Source: a virus (taxonomy: Duplodnaviria; Caudoviricetes). Taken from it: a stretch of 53,816 nt of DNA. Location of the stretch: positions 1-53,816 of the IMG/VR virus record IMGVR_UViG_3300032050_000179. The stretch is one strand, 5' to 3'. Numbering within the stretch: position 1 is the stretch's first letter; each line of letters opens with the position of its first letter. The position numbers and the translations under genes were made by a program. The notes under the pieces are model-generated. The model ran no database searches. It worked only from the letters and a program-made list of their open reading frames with translations, and had not been told where the DNA came from. Shown piece by piece: positions 1 through 9,803 of this stretch.

Positions 1-1243
1 AAACGTTAAAATTGCTAGCAGACAGCCTAGGAGCATCAGGGACTTCACCATAAACAGAAGGAATAGAACCTTCTTTTACTAAAGAAAGTATAGCTGAACC
101 AAAGTCCATAACTTCTTGTTTATAAAAAGAGTCTAGATTATACTGATCCCCATTAATATTAATAAGAAGTTCATTGCTATAAAAAGCTACGCCAGGTGAA
201 TAATTTCTAGTTGTTAAATTAGTGCTTCTATCTATAGCTTTTATGAATATAACTTGTCTTTCATCAAAGCCTACATTTATTTGCACTTCTTTTAATGAAA
301 ATGCATCTACTCCTACACTGATAACTTCTACACCAATTGGAATAGTTTCAGTACCAGAAGTTTTCTTCACTGTTATAGAATTAGTAGTAGCATCCACTGT
401 AACAACTTCGTAACGTGTAGATTGGCCAACATCTAATTTATCTCCAGGTTTTAATATTTGAGTATTTTTGTAATTCTGTAAATTATCAGAATAGTTTAAA
501 GTATTTAATTTATACTTTCTAACTTTAGTCTGAAGAGAAGTTCCATTAGGTTGAACTACAGCTACAGTTTCATCTTTGTATGAAATAACATCAAATTTTC
601 CACTGTATCTAGCAATGGAAACTGGAAGATTAGCAATATCTTCATCTATAAAATAAGTTATTCTATTGGAAGCAAGATCTTTCGCTAAAATATCGTAATT
701 AATATCGTTTTTTCCTTTGATGGAATTATCAAAATACTGTTTCTTTTCATCAGTATCACAGTTAACTATGATTCTCTTATAAGAAACTTGTTGAGTGTCG
801 TATTCAACATAATTTGTTATATCAAATGACACGTAAAGTAAAGGATTCAAGAAACTTTCAAAGAACCAGTTATTTTTTCTATTGAATGTAGAAGGAACTA
901 ATAGCGTTCCTATTTCTTTAGGCTCTTTAAATAAGGTAGTTTGAATTATTTTCTTGAAAGAACCATCAGGCATCCTAACAGTAACATCTTTTCCGTCTTG
1001 TCCAACTAATGAGTTAAAGTTAGAATCGATACGTGAAATTTCATTCTTAATATACCCTATTCCCGGAACATTATACTTAGTAGTAGTCCCGTCTTGGTTT
1101 TCAATATCTATTGAAATTGATTCAGCTCCGCTACTTGTCACTAGAGATAATTTGCCAATTATCTCCATAGAGTTTTTTTGTGCTTTAACAAGCTGCGCTA
1201 AGAATTGAGTTAAGCTGTTATTGGTACTTGGTAATTCTGGCAT
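1..1243 (-). CDS. Large putative virion structural protein (partial; runs off window start)
   Basis: ATG at 1243 (MPELPSTNNSLTQFLAQ...), open frame continuing towards the window edge, 10 nt downstream of the 731-aa gene; not in ORF track because truncated. Confidence 0.75.
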   Translation of the reverse strand, partial: MPELPSTNNSLTQFLAQLVKAQKNSMEIIGKLSLVTSSGAESISIDIENQDGTTTKYNVPGIGYIKNEISRIDSNFNSLVGQDGKDVTVRMPDGSFKKIIQTTLFKEPKEIGTLLVPSTFNRKNNWFFESFLNPLLYVSFDITNYVEYDTQQVSYKRIIVNCDTDEKKQYFDNSIKGKNDINYDILAKDLASNRITYFIDEDIANLPVSIARYSGKFDVISYKDETVAVVQPNGTSLQTKVRKYKLNTLNYSDNLQNYKNTQILKPGDKLDVGQSTRYEVVTVDATTNSITVKKTSGTETIPIGVEVISVGVDAFSLKEVQINVGFDERQVIFIKAIDRSTNLTTRNYSPGVAFYSNELLININGDQYNLDSFYKQEVMDFGSAILSLVKEGSIPSVYGEVPDAPRLSASNFNV

Positions 1244-1253
1244 AGTTTTTTTC

Positions 1254-3449
1254 TTAAATTATATCGTATGTGAAATCGTATGTGTCACTATTCAAACATA
1301 TCATTTCAATCTGTGGTGATCCTTCTTTTTTATAGAAGTCATTAGAAGAAATTCTACCAATTTCTTTAGAATATGATTGTCCAACATTTAATCGGTCTTT
1401 AGCGTCTGTGTAAATTACTAAATCAAAAGATCCTTGAGTATACATATCCATCGGGTAGAGATAATCAACTACTACTTTATAAGTCTGTCCTGTGCTCCAT
1501 CTAAATTGCGAATCGTCAATATAAACATAAATATCTCTATCTACTGTCAATGTTGATCCGTTGCTAATTTTCAAATAATTAGCAAATCTTTTTAGAGGTA
1601 TTATTTTAGTCCAAGCTGAAGGCGTAGTAGTGAAATTTGTCAATAAATTGCAAATAGGAGAAGAATCGACAGTGTAAGACTGTTCTACATTTTTTATGAC
1701 TAACATGTTAGGAGTGCTCTTATCTATAAGTATTCCGTCACCTTGTTGAAGAAGATCTGTGTTATAAGAAACTGAAACTGAAGTTTGATTCTTATAAATG
1801 TTCATCACTTCATCATAGTTACGTTGAATAAGATCCATTAACGTATCAGAATTAGACAATGCTGCTTGAGAATTTTGCAATTGAGATTCTACACTATCTA
1901 ATCTAGCATCAAGCTCTTGAAGATCTGATCCGTTATAAATCAAATCTTTAAGAGATTCTACTTCTAATCTTAAACTTTCTATTAATGAGTTTTGATTATT
2001 AAGAGTATCTGCAGCTCCTTGTAATTGATTAATAGCATCTACAAAAAGTTGCATTGAGAATGGAGCATACTCATTGACTGCAGCTACTATAGCAGCATCT
2101 TCAGTATTTATGTCAAATTTCAAATTAATCTTAAATCCATAAGAGTTACCGTTTAGACCAGTTACTCTGTTAGGTTTGTATTTCTTAAGTCTAGGAATAT
2201 AACCTCCTCCTGATGGGTTATCTTCTACATTGTCAAGAAAAAGAACACCAAACAAGTTGGTAGCTCTAGCGTTAGTAGAAACATCGTAAATATCGTAGTA
2301 AACAAGAACTGCATTAAAATCAAAAGAAACTGATTCTGAAAGAGAATTAAAATCTGAAAAACTTTTAATAGCTGGATTAGAAGCTATCGGTAAATAGCTA
2401 GCAGTATTAAATTCTAATTGAATACCATCAAGTCTAGATCTTTGAAAGAAAACATCTGTTGAAACATTAGTCCCCTCTTTAACACCTCTTATCATAAAAG
2501 AATCATTTCTAGGATCGTCAAAAGAACCTGTAGATGCAGCAGGTTGTGACCAATAGGAATTTGCTTCTGGGTAAGAAAACCACCAACCTACTATAAAATC
2601 ATTGACTGATGCGTCATATTTCAAAAGTTGATACTCTCCTGGTAAAGTAATAACAGGTAAGCTACCAGTGCTAGTCCCTAAAGTAGCTCCATAAGTTTGT
2701 GAATCAGAGTCAAAAAACGCATGAGTATCTAACCCTGCAGGATTAGTTTGATTGTAATTTCTTCCATAGATAAATTCTGTATTCAGAGGATCTGAAGGCG
2801 TGTTAACTAAATTTTCTCCAGGGAAATAGTTAGTATCTTTAACAGATTTAAAAAGTACTAAAGGTGTTGCACCATCTTTAGTTGGTACATGAACATATAA
2901 TTCAGAAAAAGCATCAGCTTTACTCTTTACAGAGTTTACAACATCAATTTCTCCTATATACTGGACTACTTTATTGTATTTTTCTGAGTTATGTTCTTCA
3001 GTAAAATGTAATCCTGCAGTAAGAGGGCTTTCAGATGAAGAAGCTTCTTTAAATCTTAAAGCTCCTAATTCTTTTAACCACTTAAAAAAGACTCTCTCAG
3101 AAACTGTTTGCAATTTACTGGCATCGTATGTAGGATAACTAGTAAGCATAGTTTCCATATTCATGGCGTAATTCTGTAGAGATTCAGCTAACATCATGTT
3201 GTTAGTTTTAGAATTTACTACATACTGAAAAGCTCCAGGTATTGTATCAAACTGAATATAATTTTCATAGTTCAATGGACCTAAAGCTGGTCTTTTTACA
3301 TCAGGAATATTTAACAGTGCATACTTAGAAAATTTAAACTGTTTTCCGTCATTGTTAAATGTAAAAGACAAATCTTCTGATGCAGAACTAAAAGTGTAAA
3401 AAGTTCCACCTTGAACCTGTATAGGCCTTATAAATGGTGATATTGTCAT
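1254..3449 (-). CDS. Hypothetical protein, probably virion structural (coiled-coil segment ~aa 470-550)
   Basis: 731-aa ORF in an operon with other structural-like genes downstream of a GATATATA motif. Confidence 0.7.
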   Translation of the reverse strand: MTISPFIRPIQVQGGTFYTFSSASEDLSFTFNNDGKQFKFSKYALLNIPDVKRPALGPLNYENYIQFDTIPGAFQYVVNSKTNNMMLAESLQNYAMNMETMLTSYPTYDASKLQTVSERVFFKWLKELGALRFKEASSSESPLTAGLHFTEEHNSEKYNKVVQYIGEIDVVNSVKSKADAFSELYVHVPTKDGATPLVLFKSVKDTNYFPGENLVNTPSDPLNTEFIYGRNYNQTNPAGLDTHAFFDSDSQTYGATLGTSTGSLPVITLPGEYQLLKYDASVNDFIVGWWFSYPEANSYWSQPAASTGSFDDPRNDSFMIRGVKEGTNVSTDVFFQRSRLDGIQLEFNTASYLPIASNPAIKSFSDFNSLSESVSFDFNAVLVYYDIYDVSTNARATNLFGVLFLDNVEDNPSGGGYIPRLKKYKPNRVTGLNGNSYGFKINLKFDINTEDAAIVAAVNEYAPFSMQLFVDAINQLQGAADTLNNQNSLIESLRLEVESLKDLIYNGSDLQELDARLDSVESQLQNSQAALSNSDTLMDLIQRNYDEVMNIYKNQTSVSVSYNTDLLQQGDGILIDKSTPNMLVIKNVEQSYTVDSSPICNLLTNFTTTPSAWTKIIPLKRFANYLKISNGSTLTVDRDIYVYIDDSQFRWSTGQTYKVVVDYLYPMDMYTQGSFDLVIYTDAKDRLNVGQSYSKEIGRISSNDFYKKEGSPQIEMICLNSDTYDFTYDII

Positions 3450-3464
3450 CCTAGTTTAAAAATT

Positions 3465-4229
3465 TTAAATAAGTGTAAAAGTGATACTAGAAGTAGCACC
3501 TCCTGTTGCAAATGATGACGGAGAATGATTCATCAAGTACCATTTTGTACCATCATATACACATTTTAATGTATCAGCCGTATTATGCATAGTAATAGAG
3601 CCAGTTAAACCTTGAAAGTTTAAAGCGCTAATATTAACAGGGAAACCTGGTGTTCCTGCTTTGTGATAAATTTCTAAAACTTGGCCATTAGTTCCTGCTG
3701 ATAATGTAGCTGTTTGAGCTCCTGTTGTACTAACATTACTAATTACTAGATATTTCATTGTAGCTACATTTATAGTAGTAGAGCCAGTTAATCCAGTCAT
3801 TGAACTAAAAGCTGTAGCTAATCCAGGAAGTCTCAATTCTTTAGAAACACTAACATTTCCAGAAAAATTTGCTAAACTAGTAGAACTAGATAAGTTTAAA
3901 TTACCGTTAGTTAACGTAACTGAAGATTGGTCTACTGTAACTCCTCCTGTTCCGTTAATTAATACGCTAGTGCTTGCTCCTACTGTCCCTAGAATAGTAT
4001 TACCTAGCAAAGAAGAACCTTTCCCTACTTGAAAAATGCTAGTAGAAAACGGTACCGCATTGTCATTGATAGTAGCGGATTTAACTCCTGATAAAATAGA
4101 AGTTGATGGATTCAATAAAACTTGAACAGAATCTATTCCAGCTTTCAGAGAAGCGAAATTAGAGTTCAACGTTAATCTTGAAGAAGCTAATGAATCCTGT
4201 GGTTGAATTGTTGTTATGGTTACTGCCAT
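3465..4229 (-). CDS. Ser/Thr/Gly-rich beta-structured virion (fibre-like) protein
   Basis: 254 aa, S/T/G-rich composition, C-terminal YDGTKWY typical of fibre modules; GATATATA upstream. Confidence 0.6.
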   Translation of the reverse strand: MAVTITTIQPQDSLASSRLTLNSNFASLKAGIDSVQVLLNPSTSILSGVKSATINDNAVPFSTSIFQVGKGSSLLGNTILGTVGASTSVLINGTGGVTVDQSSVTLTNGNLNLSSSTSLANFSGNVSVSKELRLPGLATAFSSMTGLTGSTTINVATMKYLVISNVSTTGAQTATLSAGTNGQVLEIYHKAGTPGFPVNISALNFQGLTGSITMHNTADTLKCVYDGTKWYLMNHSPSSFATGGATSSITFTLI

Positions 4230-5122
4230 CTTTTTTGTTTATTTTTACTATATATCTTTTTTAAAAGGGTTGGGTCAAGTATGTCATTCTCACCTACCCA
4301 TTCTGCATATTCTTCATCCCATCTTTTAATGAACCAGAATTTAGCACCTTTAGTATCTTTGATGAAATATGCTTTTCTTGGTTTGTTATAAGCTCTTACC
4401 CATTTATTAAATGCCAAATCTTTTTTTCCAAAAGGATTTATCCAATGTTTAAATTGAAATCCTCCAAATCTGTGAATTTGATTTAATACATCTTTTGTTG
4501 TCTGGAAAAAATCATTTCGTAAGATCTCATCGGATAATATTTCATGAAGTGTTGTAAAAGGAGAAAACCTTGTTCTAGCTAAAATTTCTGACCTTGAAAA
4601 ATTTCCTATTCCATTGAAAAATCTTTGATCTGTGAGAAGTTGAAATATTGGTCTTTTAAAATATTCAATTTTTCTTTTTTCGTGCATTAAATCTCTCCAT
4701 TCGTTATGTTGAGTTGCAACATCTGGACTTCTATTAGTATCCCACTCTGAAGACCATCTAGTTATTAGAAATCTTGTAAAATCAGATATGCAATAAATTT
4801 TGCCTTCCGAATAAAATCTCACCATAGCTCTACGGTCAAAAAACTCATCATCTTCTGGAGTATTGTATGTGAGCATAGATCCAATTTTAGCAAAATTGAT
4901 TTTCAAATAATGAATTTCTTCAGCATCATCGTAATTAGTGAATTCGATTATCATCTCTTTTCCTCTAGCAAAAGACTTCATTTTCCAATTTTTATTCTCT
5001 AAGACTGAAAAGTCACATTTAGTCTTAAACATTGGGCTTTTTTCAACTCTGTCTACGCGTCGATGTCCGATCTCAGTATTAATGAAATCGGACATGATTC
5101 TTACTTCTGGTCCCTCTGGCAA
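4220..5122 (-). CDS. nei: Fpg/Nei-family DNA glycosylase/AP lyase (NEIL1-like, no zinc finger)
   Basis: N-terminal (M)PEGPEV catalytic motif from a TTG start, RGKE, H2TH motif LLTDQRFFNGIGN; no C4 zinc finger. Confidence 0.9.
   Translation of the reverse strand: MPEGPEVRIMSDFINTEIGHRRVDRVEKSPMFKTKCDFSVLENKNWKMKSFARGKEMIIEFTNYDDAEEIHYLKINFAKIGSMLTYNTPEDDEFFDRRAMVRFYSEGKIYCISDFTRFLITRWSSEWDTNRSPDVATQHNEWRDLMHEKRKIEYFKRPIFQLLTDQRFFNGIGNFSRSEILARTRFSPFTTLHEILSDEILRNDFFQTTKDVLNQIHRFGGFQFKHWINPFGKKDLAFNKWVRAYNKPRKAYFIKDTKGAKFWFIKRWDEEYAEWVGENDILDPTLLKKIYSKNKQKRWQ
4249..4256 (-). promoter_or_regulatory. Putative late promoter GATATATA
   Basis: Same 8-mer 15-40 nt upstream of starts at 4229, 12630, 17085, 29104, 32429, 44017; resembles T4 late TATAAATA. 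Confidence 0.55.
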
Positions 5123-5140
5123 CTTTCTTATAAGTAATTT

Positions 5141-5902
5141 TTAGAACTGTATTGGAAGAGTAGATGATGTTAATCGGTGACAAATTCTACCTACACATTT
5201 AACATCTTCTTCACAATAGTTCTTTATCTTTTCGTAGTCTTTTTCGACCCAAAAAGTTTTTCCAACGTATTCTCCGCTCATAGTAGCTTTTGGCGAAGGA
5301 ACGCCAAGCGAGCAAGATAAAACGTCAAGTGAAACGTAACCGTCCCAGTTTCCTAGGCTCCAAAGTTCTCCTGTGTCTAAGTGAGTAACTTCCCATGGTT
5401 TTTTACCCCATGTTTGAAGCTGTACTGGAACATTAACATTATTCATCACCATTCTTTTCACTAACCAAGGAATATCAAATTTCTTGATGTTGTGACCACA
5501 TAGTCTCATGCTTTTTCCAGCACGATCAATGTTATAAAGTAACTCAGAAATAGGTTTTAATACTTGTTCTACTTCTGAAGTTTCAGATCTTTCAGTATCA
5601 TAGAAACTTTTCATTTTTCCTAACCAAACCATTTTTCCACTATTGACAGAGGAAGTAGTTAAGTAGCAAAAAGAACCGCAAACTATTCTACCAAATTCTG
5701 CGTACAAAGGAGACTGGTCTAAATAAGCTTGTCTATAGTCTTCCCATTTTTCAGGTTCTTTAGATGCAGATTTAATACACTTTGTTCTCCAAAGTTCAGC
5801 TTTTCTAGGATTGTTCTCGTAAAGCTCATCGTAAGATCCGAATTCAGATGAAGTTTCTAAATCGAAAAATAACAATGTTGAAAGTTCTGTTTCTTGTATC
5901 AT
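5141..5902 (-). CDS. DEDD-family 3'-5' exonuclease (PolB-exo2-like)
   Basis: FFDLET (ExoI), GHNIKKFDIP (ExoII), YCEEDV (ExoIII). Confidence 0.85.
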   Translation of the reverse strand: MIQETELSTLLFFDLETSSEFGSYDELYENNPRKAELWRTKCIKSASKEPEKWEDYRQAYLDQSPLYAEFGRIVCGSFCYLTTSSVNSGKMVWLGKMKSFYDTERSETSEVEQVLKPISELLYNIDRAGKSMRLCGHNIKKFDIPWLVKRMVMNNVNVPVQLQTWGKKPWEVTHLDTGELWSLGNWDGYVSLDVLSCSLGVPSPKATMSGEYVGKTFWVEKDYEKIKNYCEEDVKCVGRICHRLTSSTLPIQF

Positions 5903-6047
5903 ATTGATAATATGATAAATTTAATTTAGTTCAGACATTTATATCTTACTGAAATTTTTTTCAGTGGTCAAAACTTTCGCTCTAAAGTTGAATATAACCA
6001 ATACTAAGTTGTTGGAGTGGAAAAAGACAGTTATCTTATCTAAGACC

Positions 6048-7169
6048 TTAAGGTAGCGGAGGGAACGAAACTGCAAACTGCATATCTTCTTGGTAACGAA
6101 GTTTTCGAATCTTAAGCAAAAGCTGATTGACAAAGTCTCTATCTACATGTTCTGGTAACGTAGAAATTTCTAACAGATCATCGATTTTTTGAATCTTAGT
6201 TACAGCTTCTTCTATCAGAGAATTGTAATCATATTCTCCTCTTCGTATAGCTAATAGCTGTTCTCTATTCTCTCGCTTAACATTAATACCTTTCCCTTCG
6301 AAAATTTCCAGAGCTGTATCTAAAAGCCTGTGACAGTGAGCCAAATTCTTTCCATCGTATCCTTTATTATGAACCATGTTATCGGTAAATCTTTCTTGGT
6401 TCCTATTTTCTACCCAATCCCAATACTCTTTATAATCTTTGCAATAAGTAGAGTATCCATCCTTATTAAAATACATTACGAAAGCATGTTCTATTCCTTT
6501 AGGAATTTCTGACAATGAAATGTCATTAGATAGAATTTCATCTTGGACAATTCCCTTGACATGTTTTCCTGTTACAGATTTACCTTGTGTCAAGTAAGCT
6601 CCATAAGTATATCTCATGTGTGGTATACTCACAAGGCTCACATGTTCTTGACTCCATCCTGGATGCACTTTTATTAAATACTCTTTAACAGGAAGTGATC
6701 CTTGTTTGTACGAGACATGACAGAAATCTAAAACTCCTTTGCGCTCTTTTTCCATAGGTCTAACTATTTTCTTATTTAAACCTCTAGCCTTTTTGATCTG
6801 ATCGATAGCATATCCTCCAAAAGAATTTCTACATTTCTTGGTTATAAACTTAGTCTTCTCTCGCAGTACCATATCAAAAATAGGATCTTTGAAAAGAATA
6901 CATTCTTCGGGTAAGTTCAAAACTTCTAACATCGTTGGATTATTAGATTCTAAAAGTTGTAAAAATCTTCTAAGCTCGTAGAAGACAGTATCATTTTTGC
7001 TATCTGAAACTTGCTCAACATAGTTGAAATCTAAAATATTATCAAAAGGAATCATGAAAACACCTTTTATATCCACATCAGATGTTGGAGTAGAAATTCC
7101 ATAGGCTTGACTTCCGACTATGCCTTCGAATATAATTAAATTTTGATCTCTAAGTTCTTGTATTGTCAT
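6048..7169 (-). CDS. Pol-beta superfamily nucleotidyltransferase (YcgL/RlaP-like)
   Basis: GSQAYGISTPTSDVDIKGVF motif, NPTMLE, YDGKNLAHCHRLL; ATG at 7169 (track extends to TTG 7178). Confidence 0.85.
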   Translation of the reverse strand: MTIQELRDQNLIIFEGIVGSQAYGISTPTSDVDIKGVFMIPFDNILDFNYVEQVSDSKNDTVFYELRRFLQLLESNNPTMLEVLNLPEECILFKDPIFDMVLREKTKFITKKCRNSFGGYAIDQIKKARGLNKKIVRPMEKERKGVLDFCHVSYKQGSLPVKEYLIKVHPGWSQEHVSLVSIPHMRYTYGAYLTQGKSVTGKHVKGIVQDEILSNDISLSEIPKGIEHAFVMYFNKDGYSTYCKDYKEYWDWVENRNQERFTDNMVHNKGYDGKNLAHCHRLLDTALEIFEGKGINVKRENREQLLAIRRGEYDYNSLIEEAVTKIQKIDDLLEISTLPEHVDRDFVNQLLLKIRKLRYQEDMQFAVSFPPLP

Positions 7170-7201
7170 CTTTTGCAATTTTTAAAGTTTCTTTAAATTC
7201 A

Positions 7202-7543
7202 TTAAAGATTAAATTTAGTAAGAATTACCCATTTTTGGTTGACTTTTTTATCAATCTCTATAAATTCTAATTTATTGTTAGAATATTTGTATTTTCCAAT
7301 ATACTCATAGCCAGGTAAAAGAAAAGATCCTACCCATTTTTCGAGATAATACATAGGAGCATATTTCACTGGATCATTGTCATCAAAACAGTACATCGTA
7401 AAATGAGATTCACCATCTTTATCATGTACACAAAAAATAATTGGGCTTTTTTCCAACAAGCCATGATTTCCAGAATTAATATCGAAAGATTTTTTTCTAG
7501 TATTACGAGCAAAAATATGGAAATAATTATTCTGATTTATCAT
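7202..7543 (-). CDS. Hypothetical protein
   Basis: 113-aa ORF overlapping neighbour in operon. Confidence 0.6.
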   Translation of the reverse strand: MINQNNYFHIFARNTRKKSFDINSGNHGLLEKSPIIFCVHDKDGESHFTMYCFDDNDPVKYAPMYYLEKWVGSFLLPGYEYIGKYKYSNNKLEFIEIDKKVNQKWVILTKFNL

Positions 7544-7811
7544 AAGTCTTTTTTAAAGTGTACGTACTATTTTTAGTCCTAAACTTGATAACGTCTTCAG
7601 AATTCTCTAGTATTTCTGTTACTAGTGTAGTTTGCCAAGTAAAGAACTCGTTAAAAGGACTCATGAGAAGAGATCTTCCAACTCCAATCTCAGAATGTTG
7701 TTCTTTGAATCGATTATCATCGCCATATTCTATCCATATAACGTCTTTAGCAGCTTTTAATAAGCCATCTTCTCTTTCAAGTACCCAAGTAAGTCTAGTT
7801 TCTTCTTTCAT
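7527..7811 (-). CDS. Hypothetical protein
   Basis: 94-aa ORF, ATGA overlap with HNH gene. Confidence 0.7.
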   Translation of the reverse strand: MKEETRLTWVLEREDGLLKAAKDVIWIEYGDDNRFKEQHSEIGVGRSLLMSPFNEFFTWQTTLVTEILENSEDVIKFRTKNSTYTLKKTYDKSE

Positions 7812-8152
7812 ATTTTTCTATTTCTTTTTAAATTCTCTGCTCGACTTATAGCTTCTAAATTCTCCGGAGAGTCATTGTATCTATTCCCATCTTTGTGAAT
7901 AATAACGTAACCTTCAGGTATGGGCCCAATAAAGTCTTCGTAGATTTTTCGAGGTCTCCTTACTCTAGAATTATTTCCAGTCCAGACGTAAGCACAATCG
8001 TTGGAAATTACCTGAACTCCTCCTTTCCATGAAGGGTGGTTATCTCCGACGTATTGTCCTTTCTTAAAATGAGTTTTAGGTGAGGGATCAAAGTATTTAT
8101 CTTTGTTCCAAGGGATGTTACCTTTTTCAAATTGTCCTTTACTGTTTCTCAT
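7808..8152 (-). CDS. Small HNH endonuclease with N-terminal F(E/K)KG repeats
   Basis: GPIPEGYVIIHKDGNRYNDSPENLEAISRAEN HNH motif; GQFEKGNIPWNK / THFKKG repeats. Confidence 0.85.
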   Translation of the reverse strand: MRNSKGQFEKGNIPWNKDKYFDPSPKTHFKKGQYVGDNHPSWKGGVQVISNDCAYVWTGNNSRVRRPRKIYEDFIGPIPEGYVIIHKDGNRYNDSPENLEAISRAENLKRNRKI

Positions 8153-8182
8153 ATAATAAAATTAACAATAAAAAATGAAAAA

Positions 8183-8417
8183 AGGAAAGGTGTAGCCAAT
8201 CTACTGCAAAACAGAGCCAGCTACTACCCAAGTTTCGGTTGGTCCAATTTTTAACACTCGGCGCCAGTGGAAAGATCCAATTACTTCCTCGCGTAATACG
8301 AGTTTTCGATTGTCCTAACATCTTCCAACCCCACAACAGTCGTTATGCTTAAAACTAAAAGTTAAGCCTTCTACATGGGATACTGCCATTACGTCCTTCT
8401 GGACGATTTCCTTTCCT
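8183..8417 (-). ncRNA. Unclassified ~235-nt structured RNA
   Basis: GC-richer intergenic block closed by AGGAAAGG/CCTTTCCT stem with internal hairpins (CGTCC-AGAA-GGACG, GCTTAA/TTAAGC, CTCG/CGAG, CACT/AGTG, CCAA/TTGG). Confidence 0.55.
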
Positions 8418-8601
8418 AGTAAGAAATATCATCATTGAAATTTTCTTTTTTATAAGAAAATATCGAAATTTTGAACAAGAAAAATCCAAATTCAGTCATT
8501 CTACAAACCCCATATTCATCTTCTGCATGAGGTGTTGTCATAATCCCAATGAAGAAATCATCTAAATGTGTCATTGGTGTAAATTCAATTCTATGCTTCA
8601 T
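8416..8601 (-). CDS. Hypothetical protein
   Basis: 61-aa ORF, ATG start, TAG stop. Confidence 0.55.
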   Translation of the reverse strand: MKHRIEFTPMTHLDDFFIGIMTTPHAEDEYGVCRMTEFGFFLFKISIFSYKKENFNDDISY

Positions 8602-8614
8602 ATTTTTAGTTTGT

Positions 8615-9397
8615 TTAATAAGGATTATCGATAACCCATTGATTATTAGAAAAGTAATTTTTTATAATGTTCATTGAAAGTACCGTATTTTTATCCACGG
8701 TTATCCCGTCAGAGTTTTCAATGTTTCTATAGTCGATAAAAAATCTTTTTTCTAAAAACGGTGCAACTCTTCTTTCAATCTTTTTCATTTTAAAGAAATA
8801 TGAAAAAATATGATCATCATGCATGGCTATTAAATTCTGGCTCTTGTGCAAATCTATCATCTCCTGTATATAAGAGATGAACTCATCTTTTTCTATCAAA
8901 TTTACAGGGTACAGTACACCTCTATAGCCTCCTACAATATCTACTACAAAATAATCAAAAGCCGAAGAATCGATTCTCTCTTGATGTATATAACTTTCTT
9001 CTCTGTGACCCATTATAGAGTAAACAGCATTAGGATTTTTTTCCCATGCGCTTACTAAAGATTCAATTGCTCTATTAGTCAAGAGGGCGTCATCATCGAA
9101 AGTAAAAATTAAGTCACCATTTTTAGTATCTACATGATTAATTGGTGACAGTAATTTTTTACAAGAGCCTATGTCTACGTTATCTTTGACAATTTGAGAC
9201 GGTATAGGATAAGTTTCTATGAATTTTTCTATTCTAGCCAAGTCTTCTTTTGGAAAGTATTTTTCATTTCTAGGATAGAAATCAGAAACTGAAATTAATA
9301 AGGAGTTTGGAAGAACTGTCTGTTCTAGTAAAGAACCTAAAACTTTAAATAAAGATTCCGCTCTTCCGGGTATTGTACATACTGAAGCAATTATCAT
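8615..9397 (-). CDS. GT-A fold glycosyltransferase
   Basis: IIASVCTIPGR N-terminus, FTFDDD (DxD), GGYRGVLYP, HDDH; likely start ATG 9397. Confidence 0.75.
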   Translation of the reverse strand: MIIASVCTIPGRAESLFKVLGSLLEQTVLPNSLLISVSDFYPRNEKYFPKEDLARIEKFIETYPIPSQIVKDNVDIGSCKKLLSPINHVDTKNGDLIFTFDDDALLTNRAIESLVSAWEKNPNAVYSIMGHREESYIHQERIDSSAFDYFVVDIVGGYRGVLYPVNLIEKDEFISYIQEMIDLHKSQNLIAMHDDHIFSYFFKMKKIERRVAPFLEKRFFIDYRNIENSDGITVDKNTVLSMNIIKNYFSNNQWVIDNPY

Positions 9398-9502
9398 AGC
9401 TAAATTTAAAAAATAGAACATTCAGGAGCTTCACCTGCCTTCTAGTATACATGGAACCTCTGTTAAAACAGTCAGAACCGAGCTTTCTTACTTTGTTCTA
9501 TT

Positions 9503-9587
9503 TGGTACTCTCGAAGGGACTCGAACCCTTACGCCTTTCGGCACTGGTTCCTAAGACCAGAGTGTCTACCTATTCCACCACGAGAGC
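9503..9587 (-). tRNA. trnL: tRNA-Leu(UAG)
   Basis: Cloverleaf, anticodon arm CTGGT-CTTAGGA-ACCAG, long variable arm, encoded CCA. Confidence 0.95.
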
Positions 9588-9592
9588 AAATT

Positions 9593-9787
9593 TTATTCTT
9601 CGAAAATTATTCCTTCATTCTCGACTAAAATATCATCAGCTATGTCTGAAAGAACTTCCGGTGCTTCTATTAAAGCATCATCGTTTTGCATTATCATTTC
9701 ACCTACGCCATATTTTTCAAAGTATTTAGTAAGTTTTTCTATAGCTTGTTCTTTTTTCTTCTCAGACCAAATTATTTTACAATGCAT
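9593..9787 (-). CDS. Small acidic hypothetical protein within tRNA operon
   Basis: 64-aa ORF between tRNA genes. Confidence 0.6.
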   Translation of the reverse strand: MHCKIIWSEKKKEQAIEKLTKYFEKYGVGEMIMQNDDALIEAPEVLSDIADDILVENEGIIFEE

Positions 9788-9803
9788 ATCATTTTTTTAG
9801 TAG

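Noticed and set aside
8183-8417. RNase P RNA, group I intron around the HNH gene, or IscB/omega-RNA system
   Set aside because: No GAGGAAAGUCC/P4 signature, no interrupted host gene or recognisable P7 core, and the 114-aa HNH has no RuvC or PLMP domain.
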